A stretch of 25,338 nt of DNA. Origin: a virus (taxonomy: Duplodnaviria > Caudoviricetes). The position numbers and the translations under genes are program-made. The notes under the pieces are model-generated. The model was given only the letters and a program-made list of their open reading frames with translations, made no database searches and was not told where the DNA came from. The stretch is taken from the IMG/VR virus record IMGVR_UViG_3300012943_000057, positions 1 to 25,338 of that record; one strand, written 5' to 3'. This document shows, in pieces, positions 1-5,656 of the stretch (within the stretch, counting starts at the first letter, position 1; every line of letters begins with the position of its first letter).

Positions 1-51
1 CTTCTTTCTATCTGCTGTAATGCTTTTTGCTTTGCTTTTTTCGTAAATCAT
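1..51 (-). CDS. 5' end of a hypothetical protein running off the window (MIYEKSKAKSITADRKK...)
   Basis: ATG at 51-49 overlaps the TGA stop of the upstream gene (ATGA coupling), and the frame is open to position 1. Confidence 0.6.
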   Translation of the reverse strand, partial: MIYEKSKAKSITADRKK

Positions 52-632
52 TGTATTTCCACTCTATTAGGTATTCCTGCTTCCTCGACAAACATCTGAG
101 GCATGTTGTTCTGCACATACTCAAAACCTTTTTCAGTTAGAGTGATGTAACTTAGAACCACGTACTCAGGTTCTGGCCTGTCAACGGGCATTAGTTCCAA
201 TACACCTAGTTGTACCATCGACGCTTTTGTGAAGTCTTTATCTGCTAGGTGATTAACAGTAGCTATTACTTTTTCAATAGCTTTAGGTAAGTTAGCCTTA
301 TCCGCTCTACTTGCTACATAACGAACCATATCAGCTCTACGCACATATAGATCTAAAGATTCATCCTTATAGCCTGAACAAGTCTTTACTCCAAGCTTGC
401 CCAATAACCTCATCAAACGCCCTGCATAGTGAATTTCATTGTATTGATGAACTAAATTATGGGTCTTATTCTGAAGGGTTGCTGTAGCCTTAGGACTAAA
501 GGAGTTGGCAAAGATGGGATAGATGTCCGTCATCTTGAAGCCAGGCATTGAGTATGTAGGATCTGAGTTAATCTTTTGACTTTTTATCAGGTCGTTTAAC
601 GCTTGACTTAGGTCGCTTTGCTTTAACGGCAT
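48..632 (-). CDS. Hypothetical protein, possibly winged-helix DNA-binding
   Basis: Likely start is ATG 632 (MPLKQ...), with AAGGA upstream; it overlaps the MTase-like gene by 65 nt. The C-terminal 'YITLTEKGFEYV' resembles a winged-helix wing motif (weak evidence). Confidence 0.7.
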   Translation of the reverse strand: MPLKQSDLSQALNDLIKSQKINSDPTYSMPGFKMTDIYPIFANSFSPKATATLQNKTHNLVHQYNEIHYAGRLMRLLGKLGVKTCSGYKDESLDLYVRRADMVRYVASRADKANLPKAIEKVIATVNHLADKDFTKASMVQLGVLELMPVDRPEPEYVVLSYITLTEKGFEYVQNNMPQMFVEEAGIPNRVEIQ

Positions 633-1329
633 TGTCCATTTCCTTGTTGTATTCTTTAACAACCTTCTCATATTTCTTGATCTGCTTAGAATCTACTTCA
701 TAGCCGTAAAAACTATGACCTAGTTTAAGAGCAGCTCTAAGTGAGCCCGTTCCACCGCAATGGGGATCGAATATAACTGACCCTGGAAGACAATCTGTCA
801 TTCTAATGAGAAGTTCTGCAAGATCTACTGGATAAGCTTCATCGAGAGAACCTGTCTCGATTTCCCAGGTATTGCCTGGGCAAGATGTCTCATCTTGTGT
901 TTTGAGGTACTCTCTCACAGGAAGTCGATCTAGTTTCCAGACATCGCCATTGACGAAGTGAAGAACATACTCGTGGGAGTTAACCAAGTTTGTTTCGGAG
1001 CGCTTGCCTGGGAACCAGGTCTTCTTGATGACAATGTTATCTACGTGGTTGAACCCCACATCGGCCATCATCTTGGCTATCTCAAATGGACGCCATTTAG
1101 CTTCTATAGGGGCATAACAGATCAGGAACACAACTCCGTTGGGAACCATAGTATTCTTGAGTTTCTTTGCAAACTCTTGAAACTGGACTGGATCAAATCC
1201 ATCCCGCTTGCGAATTGGCACCCTAGTAATGCATACTTCCGTGTTCTTAGGCCACACGGCGTCTTTATGCATCGGATCCATGTTGTGGATTCGAACGTTG
1301 GTTTGAAAGATGCTTGAGAAATTATCCAA
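568..1329 (-). CDS. N6/N4 DNA methyltransferase-like protein (beta-class motif order) with a non-canonical catalytic motif
   Basis: TTG start with AGGAG upstream. Recognisable segments are 'HEYVLHF', 'GNTWEI', 'AYPVDLAELLIR' and the SAM-binding 'IFDPHCGGTGS...FYGYEVD'. The DPPY position reads RVPI. Confidence 0.8.
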   Translation of the reverse strand: MDNFSSIFQTNVRIHNMDPMHKDAVWPKNTEVCITRVPIRKRDGFDPVQFQEFAKKLKNTMVPNGVVFLICYAPIEAKWRPFEIAKMMADVGFNHVDNIVIKKTWFPGKRSETNLVNSHEYVLHFVNGDVWKLDRLPVREYLKTQDETSCPGNTWEIETGSLDEAYPVDLAELLIRMTDCLPGSVIFDPHCGGTGSLRAALKLGHSFYGYEVDSKQIKKYEKVVKEYNKEMDNAVKAKRPKSSVKRPDKKSKD

Positions 1330-1356
1330 GGTTTGCTCCTACTAGTAGTATGGAGC

Positions 1357-1362
1357 ATTATA
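1357..1362 (-). promoter_or_regulatory. -10 element TATAAT upstream of the MTase-like gene
   Basis: GTATAAT directly follows the HAD gene stop in a short intergenic gap; the SD AGGAG lies at 1340-1336. Confidence 0.5.
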
Positions 1363-1363
1363 C

Positions 1364-1723
1364 TTAGGTCTCTTGGTCCTGATATCTATGTTCACCTAAG
1401 ATCTGACAGCACTTCTTGTCATCATAGTAATAGAAAGGTTTAGCCATACAGACATCAACATAAGCTTCTAAGCCAAGAGCTTTAACTACAGCAGTTGCCC
1501 ACTCATAACCACTACGAGACCAAACAACAACTCCATTACCCCAAGCCTTATGAAGTTTCACCATCTCGACATGGCGATGATGAGGAACAACCTTAGCGTA
1601 CATGAGTGAACCTTCGATGCTAATCTCGAGTTCTTCATCCAGACGATGGTCTGGGTACTTGTACATGATGAGGGTATCGTCAACATCGAAATAGGCGACG
1701 TTATCTTTCTTAATCTGAATCAT
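1364..1723 (-). CDS. Small capless HAD-superfamily phosphatase
   Basis: Motif I 'YFDVDDTL', motif II 'VVVWSRSG', motifs III/IV 'KPFYYYDD'; AGAGGA SD upstream. Confidence 0.85.
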   Translation of the reverse strand: MIQIKKDNVAYFDVDDTLIMYKYPDHRLDEELEISIEGSLMYAKVVPHHRHVEMVKLHKAWGNGVVVWSRSGYEWATAVVKALGLEAYVDVCMAKPFYYYDDKKCCQILGEHRYQDQET

Positions 1724-2105
1724 CTAGTTTATCCTCTAGTTGCTTCGTGAACTCTCTATCGAACTTACCCCAGGTCTTATCCTTAATGGCGTCTAGGAAG
1801 CCGTCTAGATCATCTGTAGCATATTCTACGCGCATGACGATCTTGCCGATACCAAACTCCTGTGTTTCAGACACAGCATGTGGACCGTACTTCCCTAGGT
1901 TGATAGATTCTCTGGTTATGGTGAGACCTTTAAGTCGTTCAGAAACGTTGTAGTTCACTTGAACTGAAAGACGATAGGTAATAGCTCCACCCACCTGTTG
2001 TGGGGGATTGCTCATCAGGAGCATGGCTCCAGTGCGCTCAGAACGAAGATCATAAGATACAAGAGCTTCACCGAACAGCAGCTTAAGACCTTGATCTAGC
2101 TCCAT
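1710..2105 (-). CDS. Hypothetical protein (131 aa)
   Basis: Start moved to ATG 2105 (MELDQG...), 10 nt after the dUTPase stop, which removes a 71-nt overlap. No motif recognised. Confidence 0.7.
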   Translation of the reverse strand: MELDQGLKLLFGEALVSYDLRSERTGAMLLMSNPPQQVGGAITYRLSVQVNYNVSERLKGLTITRESINLGKYGPHAVSETQEFGIGKIVMRVEYATDDLDGFLDAIKDKTWGKFDREFTKQLEDKLDDSD

Positions 2106-2115
2106 TCGATAATCT

Positions 2116-2637
2116 CTATTTTCCTGTAGATCCAAAGCCGCCCTCTCCTCGTGCCGTGTTCGTGTCGACAGATTCGACCTGTTCAATGAAGAATGCAGGT
2201 GAAAAGGGATTCATGATGAGTTGGGCAAGCTTCTCGCCCTTCTTAACTATGATCGGAGTGACTCGCATGATTGGATAGCCTTCCTCATCGATTCGCTCGA
2301 TCAGGTTGACGTTCGCCATCACGACATGAGGGATTCCGCGATAATCTTGATCGATCACGCCGGCATGGACGAGCAAGCCTTGTGCTCCCAAACCCGACTT
2401 ACCAGTTATGCTCGCCCAAGTCCCATGAGGTAGTTTTAGGCGAATATTAAGTGGAACCTTCTGAGATTGTCCAGGGTAAATTACCACGTCGTCAACAGCG
2501 TACAGATCAAAACCTGCATCAGTCGTATTCTTCTTGTTGGGGAGCTTTCCGCCATCCAAGACTTCACACTCAATACGAAAGCACTCTTGATGTAGCGCCG
2601 CCAACTGTTTCTTGACTTTTTCATTGTAATCTTCCAT
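2116..2637 (-). CDS. dut: Trimeric dUTPase
   Basis: All five motifs are present: AGFDL, KSGLG, GVIDQDYRG, KLAQLI and RGEGGFGSTG. Ends in TAG. Confidence 0.97.
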   Translation of the reverse strand: MEDYNEKVKKQLAALHQECFRIECEVLDGGKLPNKKNTTDAGFDLYAVDDVVIYPGQSQKVPLNIRLKLPHGTWASITGKSGLGAQGLLVHAGVIDQDYRGIPHVVMANVNLIERIDEEGYPIMRVTPIIVKKGEKLAQLIMNPFSPAFFIEQVESVDTNTARGEGGFGSTGK

Positions 2638-2644
2638 AACGGTC

Positions 2645-2650
2645 TTTATA
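2645..2650 (-). promoter_or_regulatory. -10 element (G)TATAAA; leaderless promoter of dut
   Basis: The hexamer lies 7 nt before the ATG with no SD in between. Confidence 0.5.
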
Positions 2651-2743
2651 CAGATGAACTGTTTAAAGTCGGTATGAAAAATATTTTCGGCACTGAGTGG
2701 AAAAGTGCATCGTGACGGGTATCATAAAGAATGATTACACACC

Positions 2744-2836
2744 TCTCGTCTATCTTCTTCTCTTCCCTATAGGGCTCACACCAGTATCGCGCGCTACGCG
2801 CGCTTTCAGTTGCTGCGCAACTGAAGACGAGAAGAG
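2744..2836. repeat. Cluster of inverted repeats in a 238-bp non-coding gap
   Basis: CCCTATAGGG (2765-2774); GCGCGC-TAC-GCGCGC (2789-2803); TTCAGTTGC-TGC-GCAACTGAA (2805-2825); outer arms TCTCGTC (2744-2750) and GACGAGA (2826-2832). Confidence 0.8.
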
Positions 2837-2875
2837 ATCTTGCTCACTCAGGAATTGGAAGGGTGGCTCATCAAC

Positions 2876-3682
2876 TCACGGTTCAAAGGGTTTTGAGTAG
2901 GTACGGATGGGATGGTTCGGATCCCCATAGTAGATGGAGTAGACGTCGCGCATTCCATTCTTGTACTGGCGCATCAAGATGTGGCACCAGAGCTTGTAGA
3001 AGAGGTTCCACAAGAAGTTACGTTGTTTTAAGAATTGCCAGTTGCAATAGGGAAGCTTTCGCGCGTCCGTATCACCAGTATCTTTGAAACACCCGACAAA
3101 CTGCCCGACGAGTATCGCGAGTTGACCAAAAGGTCCCACCCACTTCCCCGCAGTCATCTTCAAGAATGCTACGTGTCCAGGTGAACGTCCATGCCAGCCG
3201 GCGAGACAGAACTTAGTAGGTTCATTACAGTTCCAGAAATTCTTAGGTCCACGAAATAAGTTTATTAGGTTAGCTAGTGAATACCACTTATGGTTTCCAG
3301 CAGGATCTTGATCTTCGGAGATACCATCGCACTTTACGTTTTGCCCGTGGGCATATGATCTCTTCGAGAAGTTCCCGTCATCGTATAGACCCGAGAATGT
3401 TGCGATCGCGCCGGTGTTGTCCATTGAGTCGAACTCAGTTCCACCAGGAACGCGTGAGGATATTCCTGGGAATTTCTCCAACATGAAGTAGACTTGTTTA
3501 AGTCGCATCACTTCAGCTTGCTTGATGGATTCAGGTGTATTGGGATCGCCTAACAGGCAGAGAAGATACTCAAGGGAGAAAAGGGCACCGTTCTGTGTAG
3601 GTTGCCCGTTTACGCCGTCGGTGTAAAGACCGTTGTGGCCGTAGATATCACGATACTTAAGAAAATCATCATATAGACTCAT
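2876..3682 (-). CDS. Hypothetical protein (268 aa)
   Basis: Likely start ATG 3682 (MSLYDD...), with TACAAT 6 nt upstream. Globular composition rich in W/G/C; no family recognised. Confidence 0.8.
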   Translation of the reverse strand: MSLYDDFLKYRDIYGHNGLYTDGVNGQPTQNGALFSLEYLLCLLGDPNTPESIKQAEVMRLKQVYFMLEKFPGISSRVPGGTEFDSMDNTGAIATFSGLYDDGNFSKRSYAHGQNVKCDGISEDQDPAGNHKWYSLANLINLFRGPKNFWNCNEPTKFCLAGWHGRSPGHVAFLKMTAGKWVGPFGQLAILVGQFVGCFKDTGDTDARKLPYCNWQFLKQRNFLWNLFYKLWCHILMRQYKNGMRDVYSIYYGDPNHPIRTYSKPFEP

Positions 3683-4025
3683 CTTTATATTGTAACGCGC
3701 GAGGGGATTCGGCAAGAAGCTTGTCTACAAGAATTCTGAGTTGAGTCTTGGCGTTCAACTTCTGGATGTAATCGCCCTGGTAGCAGACAACCTTACGATG
3801 ATCTGTAAGATCGTTGAACGTTATGTTGACAGGAATCTCGTTCAACTCGATGGTGAACTCTGATCCAATGAAATCGTGTGAGAAGGTTTGAACACCCATC
3901 GCATAATGAAAGTTGATACGTAGATGGTAGTGCTTGACAGGGAGACCGCGTACGAGGTTTAAGATGCAACGTTTTGGACGCCAACCTTGCTCTGGTCTAA
4001 GAAATAGTTGTGCATCTATCTTCAT
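3669..4025 (-). CDS. Hypothetical protein (118 aa)
   Basis: The ORF-track start at 4058 lies inside the tRNA, so ATG 4025 (MKIDAQ...), 5 nt after the tRNA CCA, is the likely start. Confidence 0.65.
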   Translation of the reverse strand: MKIDAQLFLRPEQGWRPKRCILNLVRGLPVKHYHLRINFHYAMGVQTFSHDFIGSEFTIELNEIPVNITFNDLTDHRKVVCYQGDYIQKLNAKTQLRILVDKLLAESPRALQYKDESI

Positions 4026-4030
4026 ATAAT

Positions 4031-4107
4031 TGGTGCTCCCGGTGGGATTCGAACCCACGACCGTGCGTTTTAGAGACGACTGCTCTAGGCCTCTGAGCTA
4101 CGGGAGC
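4031..4107 (-). tRNA. Amber-suppressor tRNA (anticodon CUA), CCA encoded
   Basis: GCTCCCG-TA-GCTC-AGAGGCCTA-GAGC-A-GTCGT-CT[CTA]AA-ACG(C)AC-GGTC-GTGGG-TTCGAAT-CCCAC-CGGGAGC-A-CCA. Acceptor, D and T stems are perfect; the anticodon stem needs one bulged C. Confidence 0.92.
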
Positions 4108-4116
4108 TTCCAATCT

Positions 4117-4122
4117 TTTATA
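4117..4122 (-). promoter_or_regulatory. -10 element (G)TATAAA for the CUA tRNA
   Basis: It lies 9 nt upstream of the tRNA 5' end, the same spacing as for the second tRNA-like gene. Confidence 0.5.
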
Positions 4123-4127
4123 CAGAA

Positions 4128-4685
4128 TTACAACAACGCTTTGGTTTTCATGTACTTCTCAGCTTGCGGGCCGAACAGAGCGTATGCAGTAACCTTATTA
4201 TCTAGGTCTGGTTCAACGAACTCAGCATATTCTCCTAAATGAGAATAGCCTCGCATGTTGCCACCATAACCCGGCGAATCCTTGAGAAGGATTAAGTATC
4301 CGTTACGCCACATGGTATAAGGGTTCTTTCTCATGAACTCTGCTACGGCGTGGGCGGATTGGACTGCTTGTTGTGAGACTGTGAGGTCTTTGTTGACGAC
4401 AACATATAACTTCTCTTTCGAGTCTGGTTGCATCGTTTTAAGGATCCAGTTTACACGTTCCATATCTAGCTTAACGCCAGAATCTACCTGCTCAAGGGTA
4501 CGACCGCGAGCAAGGCAATATGCAACATGCTTGTGGCGATACTCTTCGCGAAGACGCAATAGGGCGTAGTCACCTTGATACTTATCGTGATGTGGATGGT
4601 GTAGTTTGCGAACCGTTTTCTGGTTGCGAATGGTGTGGGCGATTTCTTTTAGATTGAGCTTAAGACTCTTGATTTGTTCTTTCAT
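4128..4685 (-). CDS. Peptidyl-tRNA hydrolase II (PTH2)-like domain fused to a ~90-aa basic helical N-terminal domain
   Basis: The C-terminal half, 'KLYVVVNKDL..SQQAVQSAHAVAEF...LILLK...EPDLDNKVTAYALFGP', follows the PTH2 pattern (K.V.VVR.DL...AAQ.AHA...T...GP). SD AGGAG at 4696-4692. Confidence 0.8.
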   Translation of the reverse strand: MKEQIKSLKLNLKEIAHTIRNQKTVRKLHHPHHDKYQGDYALLRLREEYRHKHVAYCLARGRTLEQVDSGVKLDMERVNWILKTMQPDSKEKLYVVVNKDLTVSQQAVQSAHAVAEFMRKNPYTMWRNGYLILLKDSPGYGGNMRGYSHLGEYAEFVEPDLDNKVTAYALFGPQAEKYMKTKALL

Positions 4686-4688
4686 ATT

Positions 4689-4737
4689 ATTCTCCTAGTT
4701 AGTTTGGGTATTGAAGTCCGAGTGCAAACTAGGGAAT
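4689..4737 (-). promoter_or_regulatory. SD-sequestering hairpin with an alternative register (putative translational switch) for the PTH2-like gene
   Basis: ATTC-CCTAGTT (4737-4727) pairs with AACTAGG-A-GAAT (4700-4689) and covers the SD. Alternatively TAGTTTG (4731-4725) pairs with CAAACTA (4706-4700), leaving the SD free. Confidence 0.65.
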
Positions 4738-4764
4738 TTAGGGCGGTTTAGAAACCTAGGTCAT
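4738..4764 (-). CDS. Leader mini-ORF M-T-(amber)-V-S-K-P-P-stop
   Basis: SD AAGGAG (4775-4770), a 5-nt spacer, then ATG ACC TAG GTT TCT AAA CCG CCC TAA. Confidence 0.6.
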
Positions 4765-4781
4765 AAGTACTCCTTTTAAAA

Positions 4782-4863
4782 TGGTGGGGCCAGATGGACT
4801 CGAACCACCGACCTCCGCGAGCTTTTTAGGTCCCACGGTGCTCTTTCTCTGAGCTACAGCCCC
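4782..4863 (-). tRNA. tRNA-like RNA (82 nt) with an elongated anticodon arm; apical loop CU-AAA-AA; identity uncertain
   Basis: GGGGCTG-TA-GCTC-AGAGAAA-GAGC-A-CCGTG-GGACCTAAAAAGCT-CGCGG-AGGTC-GGTGG-TTCGAGT-CCATC-TGGCCCC-A-CCA. The acceptor, D and T arms are canonical, but there are 14 nt rather than 7 inside the 5-bp anticodon stem. Confidence 0.85.
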
Positions 4864-4872
4864 GTACAGATA

Positions 4873-4878
4873 ATTCTA
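4873..4878 (-). promoter_or_regulatory. -10 element (G)TAGAAT overlapping the lysozyme stop; putative promoter of the tRNA-like/leader/PTH2 transcript
   Basis: It lies 9 nt upstream of the tRNA-like 5' end. Confidence 0.5.
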
Positions 4879-5418
4879 CTTCAAATCTTTCTCAATATCA
4901 GCCAGCTTCTTATTTATTTCTTCCTCGGTTGGACCGTCAGGAAGGAGGCTGTTTGATGCAGGGGCATCACTCTTGAGGAATAGGGAGCGCTCTGCTTCAC
5001 GTCTACGGGTAAGACCCTTAAGTTCAACTCCACCAGCTTTGTTCCAACGAAGGAATTGCTCAGCAGCGCCGGAGATGTTTCCAGCATTGAGAAGCTTAAG
5101 GAGGGTTGACTTCTGTAGAGCGCCAACGCCAAGGTTGTATGCGAATGACACGAGAGCGTCAAATTGATTCTGATTGATAGGGATAGTGACGTACTTTTCT
5201 ACGCCGGCAGCCTTCTCGTTTACTTCATGAGCAAGATACTCTTCAGCTTGAGCTTGAGTAATCTCTGGATCTTTTAAGGTAACCTTCTTGCCGTTTGGAT
5301 ACATGATAGTTCCATAACCGATGGTTGGTACATCAGCGGGGCAAAGGTATGGCTTGAGGAAAAGTCCTTCGAAGCTCTTGATCAAATCTAGGCCTGGTTT
5401 TGCAATCTTTCTACCCAT
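4876..5418 (-). CDS. GH24 phage lysozyme (endolysin-type muramidase)
   Basis: 'LIKSFEG...PYLCPADVPTIGYG', 'NQNQFDALVSFAYNLG' and 'RWNKAGG..LKGLTRRREAE', followed by a ~30-aa C-terminal tail. Ends in TAG. Confidence 0.96.
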   Translation of the reverse strand: MGRKIAKPGLDLIKSFEGLFLKPYLCPADVPTIGYGTIMYPNGKKVTLKDPEITQAQAEEYLAHEVNEKAAGVEKYVTIPINQNQFDALVSFAYNLGVGALQKSTLLKLLNAGNISGAAEQFLRWNKAGGVELKGLTRRREAERSLFLKSDAPASNSLLPDGPTEEEINKKLADIEKDLK

Positions 5419-5419
5419 G

Positions 5420-5437
5420 ACCTAGATTATACTAGGT
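5420..5437 (-). promoter_or_regulatory. Leaderless promoter of the lysozyme gene: TATAAT flanked by the inverted repeat ACCTAG/CTAGGT
   Basis: The minus strand reads ACCTAG-TATAAT-CTAGGT-C-ATG; the -10 is 7 nt from the ATG and there is no SD. Confidence 0.55.
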
Positions 5438-5656
5438 ATTTAACTTGAGATCCTGCTCAAACTGTTGATCTGTGTAAGTGTTTTCGATCAGGGTTTCGAA
5501 TGCTTCAACAATGCCCTCAGTAATGGCGCTCATTATAGCATTATGGATGCTGCCATGGGGCGTAGAATTTAAGTTACCCATATGGATACTTATAGCACTA
5601 TACGCATTAACTCTAATTTCACTTAAAAGTTGCTCTTTTGACTTAGTATAATTCAT
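5432..5656 (-). CDS. Hypothetical protein (74 aa)
   Basis: ATGA-coupled to the helicase stop with an AAGGTGG SD; it fills the gap up to the lysozyme promoter. Ends in TAG. Confidence 0.75.
   Translation of the reverse strand: MNYTKSKEQLLSEIRVNAYSAISIHMGNLNSTPHGSIHNAIMSAITEGIVEAFETLIENTYTDQQFEQDLKLNT

Noticed and set aside
2697-3087. Plus-strand ORFs 2697-2900 and 2863-3087
   Set aside because: They have no clear SD, run through palindromic DNA, or lie antisense to a longer gene.
4030-4242. 70-aa plus-strand ORF (MVLPVGFEPTT...) and the N-terminal extension of 3669-4058
   Set aside because: These are typical translations of a tRNA gene and its antisense strand.
4820-4833. Intron in the anticodon loop of the tRNA-like gene
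   Set aside because: The extra 7 nt are far too short for a self-splicing intron, no bulge-helix-bulge motif is evident, and the extra bases pair as a stem extension.
4031-4863. tRNA genes as prophage attachment sites
   Set aside because: No integrase, no duplicated tRNA 3' end, and phage-type genes lie on both sides.
5647-5652. Plus-strand TATAAT here and at 4025-4030 as antisense promoters
   Set aside because: No downstream plus-strand gene, both overlap AT-rich start regions, and such hexamers are expected by chance.
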